64,000 nt of DNA, taken from Candidatus Geothermincolia bacterium (GTDB taxonomy: Bacteria; Actinomycetota; Geothermincolia; Fen-727; Anoxymicrobiaceae). Position numbers and translations under genes: made by a program. The stretch lies in assembly GCA_038326775.1 (NCBI GenBank), contig JBBQKJ010000009.1:9457-73456 (forward strand), written 5' to 3'. Under the pieces are notes generated by a model. That model did not search any database, was not told where the DNA came from, and was given only the letters and a program-made list of their open reading frames with translations. Shown piece after piece: positions 57,157 through 64,000 of the stretch. The first letter of the stretch is position 1. Each line of letters opens with the position of its first letter.

Positions 57157-58968
57157 TCAGGGAGCGGCCCCGACGCGGATCTTGACCGCGCTGCCGGCGG
57201 GGGCTTCGCTCAGCGCCGGCGGGTCCTGGCTGATGACCCGCCCCACCCTGGTCGGGTCGGGCGTTGCTTCGCTGATGACCGTGACCGTGAACCCGGCGCT
57301 CACAAGGGCGTTCTCCGCGTCGGCCTTCAACATGCTGACCACGTCGGGCACCTTTGGCGGCGTCTTGGCCACGGTTATGGTCACCTTGGACCCCTTGGGC
57401 GCGGAGTCGCCGCCGGCCGGGGACTGCGAGATGACGCTGCCCTCGGGCACGGTGCTGGAGGCCGCCGTCTGGACCTGCGCCTGCAGGCCCGCGTCAGAGA
57501 GCCTCTGGGTGGCGACTGCCTGGCTCGAACCGACGACATTGGGGACGGTGACCGTCTCCGGCCCCCTGCTGACGACGATGGAGACCGGACTGCCCTTCGA
57601 GGCCTGGGTGCCGGCCTGCGGGTCCTGGGACGAAACGGTCCCCTTGGCGACCGAGGTGCTGTACGCCTCGGTCACGTTCCCGAGCTCGAACCCGGCAGCC
57701 TTCAGTGCACCTTCGGCGTCCGTCCGGGACTGGCCGACGACCTCGGGTACCGCGCCGAGGTTCGGGCCCTTGCTCACCACCACCTCCACCGTTTCGCCCT
57801 TGTCGATTCTGGTCCCCGGGCCCGGGGACTGGCTGATCACGATGTCTTTGGGCTTTTCCGGGTCTATCACCGTTTTGGCGACCTTCATCTTGAGCCCGGC
57901 GTCAGCCAGGACCTGCTGGGCCTCGGTGACGGATTTTCCCATGATGCTCGGGACCGACACGCCCCCGGTGTTCCGCACGATGGCCCAGACGCCCACGCCG
58001 ATACCGGCGAGGATGACTATCACGATGATGGAGATCCAGAGCCAGGCGAGCGAGCGCCTTCCAGGTGGAGCGCCCGCGACCGCGGGATATGCCCGGGTGG
58101 CGCCCGGCGCCGCTTCGTCCCTGGGGAGCACCGGGGTCGCGTACACAGGGGTGCCCTCGAGGGAGCGCTCGAGGTCTCGGCGCATTTCCACGGCGTTCTG
58201 GTAGCGGTTCTGGGGGTTCTTGGCGAGGGCTTTCATGACCACGGCTTCGAGCCCCGGCGAGACATCGGGGTTGATCATCGAGGGAGGAAGGGGGTCTTCC
58301 CGCACGTGTTTGTAGGCTATGGAAACGGGGTTGTCGCCGTCGAAGGGCACCCTGCCCGTGAGCATCTCGTAGAGCACGACCCCGAGAGAGTAGAGGTCGG
58401 AACGCGGGTCAGCGGCGCGGCCCTGGGCCTGTTCGGGGCTTATGTACTGGGCGGTGCCCATGATGGTCCCGGTCTGGGTCATGGCCGAGCCGCCCGCGGT
58501 GCGGGCGATGCCGAAGTCCATGACCTTGGTCTGGTTGTCGTAGGTGACAATGGTGTTCTGCGGCTTTATGTCGCGGTGAACGATGCCCTGGGCGTGGGCC
58601 GCCTCCAGCGCCAGGCAGATGGACATGGCGATCTCGACCGCCCTTTCAGGGAGAAGGGGGCCGCCCTGGAGGATGATGTCCTTGAGGTCGCGCCCCTGGA
58701 CGTATTCCATCACCAGGTAGTAGGTGCCGTCCTCGATGCCCCAGTCGTAGACGTTGACGATATTGGTCTGGTTGAGGTTGGCGGCGGCCTGCGCCTCCTG
58801 GCGGAACCTGGCGATGAACACCTCGTCTTTGGCGAACTGGGGGTGGAGTAGCTTCACCGCGACTGTGCGGCCGAGCAGGTTGTCGCTGGCCCTGTAGACA
58901 TCGGCCATGCCGCCCGTGCCGATCAACTGTTCGAGCTCATACCGGGAATTCAGTATCCTGCCGACCAT
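57157..58968 (-). CDS. pknB: PASTA-domain Ser/Thr protein kinase
   Basis: GTGGMADVY, VAVK, HRDIKPQN, DFGIAR, SPEQA; one TM; four PASTA repeats. Confidence 0.95.
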   Translation of the reverse strand: MVGRILNSRYELEQLIGTGGMADVYRASDNLLGRTVAVKLLHPQFAKDEVFIARFRQEAQAAANLNQTNIVNVYDWGIEDGTYYLVMEYVQGRDLKDIILQGGPLLPERAVEIAMSICLALEAAHAQGIVHRDIKPQNTIVTYDNQTKVMDFGIARTAGGSAMTQTGTIMGTAQYISPEQAQGRAADPRSDLYSLGVVLYEMLTGRVPFDGDNPVSIAYKHVREDPLPPSMINPDVSPGLEAVVMKALAKNPQNRYQNAVEMRRDLERSLEGTPVYATPVLPRDEAAPGATRAYPAVAGAPPGRRSLAWLWISIIVIVILAGIGVGVWAIVRNTGGVSVPSIMGKSVTEAQQVLADAGLKMKVAKTVIDPEKPKDIVISQSPGPGTRIDKGETVEVVVSKGPNLGAVPEVVGQSRTDAEGALKAAGFELGNVTEAYSTSVAKGTVSSQDPQAGTQASKGSPVSIVVSRGPETVTVPNVVGSSQAVATQRLSDAGLQAQVQTAASSTVPEGSVISQSPAGGDSAPKGSKVTITVAKTPPKVPDVVSMLKADAENALVSAGFTVTVISEATPDPTRVGRVISQDPPALSEAPAGSAVKIRVGAAP

Positions 58969-59010
58969 AGATAGACTTACCCCTTTGAAGTTGATTTCCG
59001 GATTATACTT

Positions 59011-59520
59011 TCACCTGGCCTCGAAAAATACCTTCGCCGGGCTGCCGCAGACGGGGCATTTTTCCGGGATGCTGCCGTCGGTGACGTACCCGCACACCTC
59101 GCAGATGTAGTAAGTGGGGTCTTCCTCGGCGAGAAGGTGCTCCAGGGCTTTTTCGTAGAGCTTGGCGTGGACCTCCTCCACATCGCGGGCCCAGGTTAAC
59201 ATCCGGGCGGTGTTCTCGTCTCCGGCCTCTTCGGCCCTGGCTATGAAGTCGCTGTAGTGCACCTGGGCGATCCTGGTCTCCCTCGCGAACGATTCGGACA
59301 GGTTGGTCTCGGTATCCTTGACCTCGCCCAGCAGCCGCAGGTTGTTGCGACCGTGTATCGCCTCAGACTCCGCTATGGCGCGAAAAAGCTTTGCGACGCT
59401 GGCGTAATCCTCCTTGTCCGCGTGTTCCGCGTAGACCTTTAGTCTGACGCTGGCCTTGGCCTCGCCCTCGTATGCCTGGTGCAGACCGTCCTGAATCGAT
59501 TCATCCGCCAAATCATTCAC
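59011..59520 (-). CDS. Rubrerythrin
   Basis: Di-iron ExxH motifs (EAIH, EEVH) and C-terminal rubredoxin CEVC...CPVC. Confidence 0.92.
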   Translation of the reverse strand: MNDLADESIQDGLHQAYEGEAKASVRLKVYAEHADKEDYASVAKLFRAIAESEAIHGRNNLRLLGEVKDTETNLSESFARETRIAQVHYSDFIARAEEAGDENTARMLTWARDVEEVHAKLYEKALEHLLAEEDPTYYICEVCGYVTDGSIPEKCPVCGSPAKVFFEAR

Positions 59521-59540
59521 CCCCGAGCAGTCTTATACGG

Positions 59541-59774
59541 TCAATCCTTCTTTTTCCTGACGTAAACCTTTATCTCGCCCTGGTCCTCCTCGACGGCGAC
59601 GCAATCGTTGCCGGTCTTGTCGCACCAGGCGCGCATGTCGCTCTTGATGCCTGCGTCGTCGGCGATGACCTCGAGGACCTCTCCCGCGGAAAGCTCCTTG
59701 ATGGCCTGGGAGGTCTTGACGATTGGCATCGGGCAGTACAGCCCCACGCAGTCGATCGTGTGGTCCGCTTCCAT
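59541..59774 (-). CDS. tusA: TusA/SirA sulfur carrier
   Basis: IDCVGLYCPMP, LEVIADD, W.DKTGN. Confidence 0.92.
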   Translation of the reverse strand: MEADHTIDCVGLYCPMPIVKTSQAIKELSAGEVLEVIADDAGIKSDMRAWCDKTGNDCVAVEEDQGEIKVYVRKKKD

Positions 59775-59802
59775 GTCACACCTCCGTGGCGGGGCCCGAC
59801 CC

Positions 59803-60282
59803 CTATATGAACAGGTTTACCTTCGCGTCAGAGGCGATGCCAAGGTAGGTGGCGGCCCCGGCGACCTCCTCCACCTCGTCGATGAAGTCATCTTTACTCA
59901 GGCCCATCAACGCCATAGAGGTCGTGCAGGCGATGAACTTTACGCCCTGCTCCCTGGCGAGGGCTATCATCTCCTCGAGCGACGGCATCCGGTACGTCTT
60001 CATCATCGACTTCATGGCGCCGGTCCCCATGCCCAGCATGTTCATTTTGGACATCTTCAACCGCCGGGCGCTCCCGCGCTTCATGAGCCCCATCATCCAC
60101 TGCATGAAGCTCTTGCCGCCCCTGGCCACCCTCTTCTTCTTGATGACGCCGAGCCCCCAGAACGTGAAGAACATGGTGACGTCCATGCCCATGGAGGCGC
60201 CCGTGTTGGCGAGGTTGAACGCGGCCAGCGCCCGGTCCAGGTCGTCGCTGAACACGATAAGGGTCATCTTTTCTTCACTCAT
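59803..60282 (-). CDS. DsrE2-like (DsrE/DsrF/DsrH family) sulfurtransferase
   Basis: FSDDLDRA, MFFTFWGL, IACTTSM.LMG, GAATYL, NLFI. Confidence 0.9.
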   Translation of the reverse strand: MSEEKMTLIVFSDDLDRALAAFNLANTGASMGMDVTMFFTFWGLGVIKKKRVARGGKSFMQWMMGLMKRGSARRLKMSKMNMLGMGTGAMKSMMKTYRMPSLEEMIALAREQGVKFIACTTSMALMGLSKDDFIDEVEEVAGAATYLGIASDAKVNLFI

Positions 60283-60363
60283 GTCACCTCTCCTTGCTCC
60301 TCCGGCGGGTGGGTTGGGAATCGGGTGGCCGCTTTTCCGCCCGAGTGGAGGAGGCCGGCCACG

Positions 60364-60555
60364 TCAGCGCGGAGGCTCCCCGCAGGACGGGCAGGTCTCC
60401 ACCCCTTCCCGCACGGGCTTGCCACAGCGGACGCATTCGATTATCACCGTCTTGCAAGCCACACAGAAGACCGCCTCTTCCCGGACATCTTCTATCTCGA
60501 CGTCGCAGTAAGGGCAGTGGCACGCATCAACCCTTTCTTCGCCTGCTCCTCCCAT
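60364..60555 (-). CDS. Small Cys-rich double zinc-ribbon protein
   Basis: 63 aa with four CxxC pairs (CPYC, CVAC, CVRC, CPSC); starts 2 bp after the iscU stop with a GGAGG RBS. Confidence 0.75.
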   Translation of the reverse strand: MGGAGEERVDACHCPYCDVEIEDVREEAVFCVACKTVIIECVRCGKPVREGVETCPSCGEPPR

Positions 60556-60557
60556 GC

Positions 60558-60956
60558 TCAGCCCTCCTTCGCGGTCTTCTTGCTCTTGTAGTCCTCGATG
60601 GCGATGTGCAGCGCGTCCGCCCCCAGGTTGGAGCAGTGCATCTTGTTTTCGGGCAGCCCGCCGAGCTGCTCCGCGACGTCTCCGCGCGATATCTGAAGGG
60701 CCTCGTCGAGCGTCTTGCCCTTCGCCATCTCGCTCACCATGCTCGAGACCGCGATGGCGGCCCCGCACCCGAACGTCTTGAACTTGACGTCCTCGAGACG
60801 GTCGTCGTCCCCGACCTTGACGTAAAACGTCATCATGTCGCCGCAGACGGGGTTTCCGACCTCGCCTACCCCGTCAGCGTCCTCGATCTCGCCGACGTTG
60901 CGGGGGTTCATGAAGTGGTCCATGACCGTGTCGCTGTACTGCGCTATCTCAACCAC
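60558..60956 (-). CDS. iscU: Fe-S scaffold IscU/NifU-N (MisU-like)
   Basis: DHFMNPRNVG, GNPVCGD, FGCGAAIA, LPENKMHCSNL. Confidence 0.95.
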   Translation of the reverse strand: MVEIAQYSDTVMDHFMNPRNVGEIEDADGVGEVGNPVCGDMMTFYVKVGDDDRLEDVKFKTFGCGAAIAVSSMVSEMAKGKTLDEALQISRGDVAEQLGGLPENKMHCSNLGADALHIAIEDYKSKKTAKEG

Positions 60957-62130
60957 CTCCCTGCTTAAGGAACTTATCGTATAGCGGAGACATCTGCCGC
61001 AGCCTCTCCACTATTGGCGGCAGTGTCTCGATGACATAATCTACGTCCTCGGGCTTGTTGTCGAGCCCGAAGCTGAACAGCAGCGAGCCCTGTGCTATCT
61101 CCGCCGGGATTTCGCAGGCGGTAAGAACGTGCGAGCCCTTGAGCGCGCGCGAAGTGCAGGCTGAGCCGCTCGAGACCGCGATCCCCAGCTGGTCCAGGAA
61201 GAGAAGCATCCCCTCACCTTCTATGAACTCCACCACGAAGCTCGCGTTCCAGGGGAGCCGCTGGTCGGGATGGCCCGTGGCGGTAAGCCTGGGAATGGCC
61301 GCCGGCAGCCTCTCGAGCAGTGCCTGGCTCATAACGCGGAGGTGTTCGGCCCGTCGCTCCATGTCCGTCACGGCGAGCTCGGCCGCTTTGCCCATACCCA
61401 CGATCCCCGGCATGTTCTCAGTGCCACCCCGCCGGCCGCCTTCCTGGACACCTCCGTCCAAGAGCGGCATCAGCCGCCGGCCTTTCTTTACCCAGAGGGC
61501 CCCGACGCCCTTGGGGCCGTAGAGAAGGTCGGAGGCGATCGACATGGCGTCGGCGCCGACGTCCTCGACATCGATCGGAACGCAACCGGCGGCGGCCACC
61601 GCGTCCGTATGGAACGGGATTCCCTTTTCGCCGGCCACCGCGGCTATCTGCCTGACCGGCTGGATAGTCCCGACCTCGCCGTTCGCGACCATCACCGAGA
61701 CCAGCACCGTTTCGGGCGTGATCGCGTCACGCACCGCCTCCGGGTCGACCATCCCGGAGGAGTCCACGGCGACCTCGGTGACCTCCATTCCGAACTTCTC
61801 CAGTGTCCTCGCGGCATGCAGCACCGAGAAGTGCTCAACCGCCGACACCACCACGTGGTTACCTTTCTTCCTGGCGGCCCAGGCGATGCCCTTGACCGCC
61901 AGGTTGTTGGCCTCGGTGCCGCCCGAGGTGAAGATTATCTCCTCGGGCCGGGCCTTGATGAGCGCGGCCACCTTCTCGCGCGCCTCATCGAGGGCCAGCC
62001 TGGCGACGTCTCCCCACCCGTGCAGGGAAGACGGGTTGCCGAAGCTCTCGGTGAAATACGGCCGCATCGCCTCCACGACCTCGTGGAGTACCGGGGTCGC
62101 CGCGTAGTGGTCCAGGTAGACTTCGGGCAT
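60949..62130 (-). CDS. iscS: IscS/NifS-like cysteine desulfurase homologue lacking the PLP lysine
   Basis: GNPSS.H, FTSGGTEANN, EH.SV, SSGSACTS present; the canonical SxHKxYGPKG reads ASDLLYGPKG. Confidence 0.9.
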   Translation of the reverse strand: MPEVYLDHYAATPVLHEVVEAMRPYFTESFGNPSSLHGWGDVARLALDEAREKVAALIKARPEEIIFTSGGTEANNLAVKGIAWAARKKGNHVVVSAVEHFSVLHAARTLEKFGMEVTEVAVDSSGMVDPEAVRDAITPETVLVSVMVANGEVGTIQPVRQIAAVAGEKGIPFHTDAVAAAGCVPIDVEDVGADAMSIASDLLYGPKGVGALWVKKGRRLMPLLDGGVQEGGRRGGTENMPGIVGMGKAAELAVTDMERRAEHLRVMSQALLERLPAAIPRLTATGHPDQRLPWNASFVVEFIEGEGMLLFLDQLGIAVSSGSACTSRALKGSHVLTACEIPAEIAQGSLLFSFGLDNKPEDVDYVIETLPPIVERLRQMSPLYDKFLKQGGG

Positions 62131-62151
62131 TCTTTTTCCTCCAGTCGACCG

Positions 62152-62844
62152 TCAAATGGAATCGAAGTAACCGGCCAGTGCGTCCTGGTCCAGCACCACC
62201 AGGTGCTTGTCCCGGGTCCCCATGATGCCCTCTTTCTTAAGCCGGCTCATAACCCGGGAGACTGTCTCCTCGGTGGAGCCGATGAGCCCGGAGATGTCGC
62301 GGTTCGTGAGCGGGGTGTCGAGCTTCTCGGCGCAGTTCTTGTAGATGCCTCGCTCCTGGTCCAGGGTCTTCATAAGGATGCAGGCCACCCTCTTCTCTAC
62401 CCTCTCGCCCGCGATGCAGCGCGCCTTCATGTACGAGGAGTCGAGTTTCTGCCCGACGAGCTTCAGCAGGTGTCTCTCGAAAGCCGGGTCGGCGGCGATG
62501 ACGGAGAGCAGGTCTTCCCTGGGCACTTTCCAGACCTGGGACTCTTTCCTGGCAACCGCGGAGAACGGGTAGTAGTCCTGGCCGTACGCCACCCCTTCCC
62601 CGAACACGTCCGAGGGGAAGATGAAGTGGAAGATATATACCTTGCCGTCACCGTGGACGACGTTGGCCTCGATGACCCCGGACTCGACGACGTAGAGGAA
62701 AGCGGCCTCATCGCCCTCGAAGAACACGAACTGACCCCGATCGAGGCTCTGAGAAGTGAACCGGTCCTTCAGCTTGCCCCTCAGGTCTTTCCTGGCCTGC
62801 GAGACAAAATCGTCAAGGACGTCATGTTTGACCACTGCTTCCAC
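62152..62844 (-). CDS. Crp/Fnr family transcriptional regulator
   Basis: cNMP-like domain (FFEGD, FGEG), VEKRVA, HTH LTNRDISGLIGSTEETVSR. Confidence 0.92.
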   Translation of the reverse strand: MEAVVKHDVLDDFVSQARKDLRGKLKDRFTSQSLDRGQFVFFEGDEAAFLYVVESGVIEANVVHGDGKVYIFHFIFPSDVFGEGVAYGQDYYPFSAVARKESQVWKVPREDLLSVIAADPAFERHLLKLVGQKLDSSYMKARCIAGERVEKRVACILMKTLDQERGIYKNCAEKLDTPLTNRDISGLIGSTEETVSRVMSRLKKEGIMGTRDKHLVVLDQDALAGYFDSI

Positions 62845-63014
62845 CTTTCCTCACCGGCACCCGCTGCCAACTGCCGTCTTCAGCATATTGTACAACCATC
62901 ACCCCACGCGTCGCGCTCCTGTTTTGCACCTAGCAGGTATCGTTATTCGTTATCGAGGCGCGAAATCATCTTTTCTACGCCGGTGGACGCCTTTAGCATG
63001 GAAGGCACGTTGAG

Positions 63015-63695
63015 CTAGCGGCCCGCAAGCCTGCGCTGGACCGCCTCTCCCTCCAGCTCCTTCAAGGCGGTGGAGGCCACCCACCGCGCCGCCCTGGTGT
63101 CGAGTGCCAGTATCTCCTTCGCGGTCCGGATGGCCAGCCGGTTCAAGGCCACGTTCCTCTTACCTATCTGCCGGAGTGCCCAGTTGACGGCCTTCTTCAC
63201 GAAGTTTCGCTCGTCGCTGGCCTCCCTCTTGATGAGGGGAAGGAACTCCGCGATGCGCTCGTCGGTAGCCCCCTTGTCGCTCCACGCGAGGCGGGCCATC
63301 AGCGCGAAGGCGGCGCGCTTGACGAACTCCTCGGGGCGGGCGCTCCACTCGAAGCACTTGTCATAAGCGAACGGGGTCAGCCAGAAGAGGTTCATGCAGA
63401 CCTGGTCGCAGACGTCCCAGGAGTCAAAGCCGGCTACCCACGCCTCCATCTGCCGCTCTGTCACCATCCCGGGGTCGTCAACCATGCCGGCAAGGATTCG
63501 CGCCTCGTGAACGCCAGAGTCCCAGAGCTCCAGGGCGAGTCCGTGGTCTCTTCCGGCCTCCTTCGCAAGCTTCCTCAGGTTTGCGATTGAGACACCCAGC
63601 GTCTTTTCGGGGTTGATGCCGTAGCGAGCCATGCCCTCGAGGGCTTTTGGGTCCGAGAGGGCCTCAAGCCGGTTCATGGTTTCACCGCATTCCAC
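63015..63695 (-). CDS. DNA alkylation repair protein (AlkD-like HEAT fold)
   Basis: LALELW, HEARILA, DSWDVCDQ, DERNFVKKAVNWALRQIGKRN. Confidence 0.9.
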   Translation of the reverse strand: MECGETMNRLEALSDPKALEGMARYGINPEKTLGVSIANLRKLAKEAGRDHGLALELWDSGVHEARILAGMVDDPGMVTERQMEAWVAGFDSWDVCDQVCMNLFWLTPFAYDKCFEWSARPEEFVKRAAFALMARLAWSDKGATDERIAEFLPLIKREASDERNFVKKAVNWALRQIGKRNVALNRLAIRTAKEILALDTRAARWVASTALKELEGEAVQRRLAGR

Positions 63696-63844
63696 GAGGC
63701 TCTCCTTCCCCCATTATCTTCCAGGCTAAGGCCACCGAGTAGATGATACCGCTGTTCGGCGCGACTCGGCGACAGATGGAGAGGCGGCCGCGCCGGCCGC
63801 GCCGGCAATTATTCGCCGACTCCTACGGCCGCGTAGCCCGCTGG

Positions 63845-64000
63845 TCAGTCGAAGGAGACCAGCATCCAGTCTGCGACCCGGGCAAAGCCGATCCGCCGGT
63901 AGGCCCGGTACGCCGCCTGGTTGTCGGGCTCGACGCTCAAAGTGACCGCGCCCACTTCTTCGAGCAGGCGCCGGCAGAGAGCGGCCACGCAGGCCGTGGA
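63845..64000 (-). CDS. GNAT acetyltransferase, C-terminal part (5' end outside window)
   Basis: Manual translation STACVAALCRRLL..VTLSVEPDNQAAYRAYRRIGF. Confidence 0.75.
   Translation of the reverse strand, partial: STACVAALCRRLLEEVGAVTLSVEPDNQAAYRAYRRIGFARVADWMLVSFD

Noticed and set aside
181-63018. Many long antisense or alternate-frame ORFs (e.g. 15455-18049 +, 56935-58851 +, 61270-63018 +, 33399-34988 +)
   Set aside because: Shadow ORFs of high-GC genes: no recognisable motifs, and they overlap well-supported genes.

Overview
High-GC bacterial chromosomal window with no CRISPR array, prophage or transposase. The anaerobic gene content and the 'WYLAEG...FETW.LVQNP' (DUF5719-like) surface repeats suggest a deep-branching anaerobic Actinomycetota such as Ca. 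Geothermincolia (inference only). It contains: (i) a lipid/steroid-type catabolic operon (Cys-less thiolase-like protein, DUF35, amidohydrolase, OYE-type oxidoreductase) divergent from a MerR-TetR fusion regulator; (ii) tRNA-Ala(TGC) and plsB; (iii) a c-di-GMP-II riboswitch with overlapping terminator ahead of a large secreted metallophosphoesterase; (iv) metG-tatD-rsmA plus a P-type ATPase; (v) two PAS histidine kinases; (vi) two DUF5719-like surface proteins; (vii) a geranylgeranyl-reductase-like / B12 radical-SAM gene pair; (viii) a decayed beta-oxidation cluster; (ix) an hdrD-etfB-etfA-hdrA-mvhD(flxD)-flxC-flxB-flxA operon; (x) pknB; and (xi) a Crp/Fnr-iscS*-iscU-Zn ribbon-dsrE2-tusA-rubrerythrin operon. 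The best candidate for an undescribed system is (xi). Its IscS homologue lacks the PLP Schiff-base lysine but keeps the loop cysteine and is clustered with two persulfide carriers, which suggests Fe-S assembly from a sulfur source other than cysteine. A family of GGGGTCAG-ended palindromic REP/MITE-like elements also occurs in intergenic regions.
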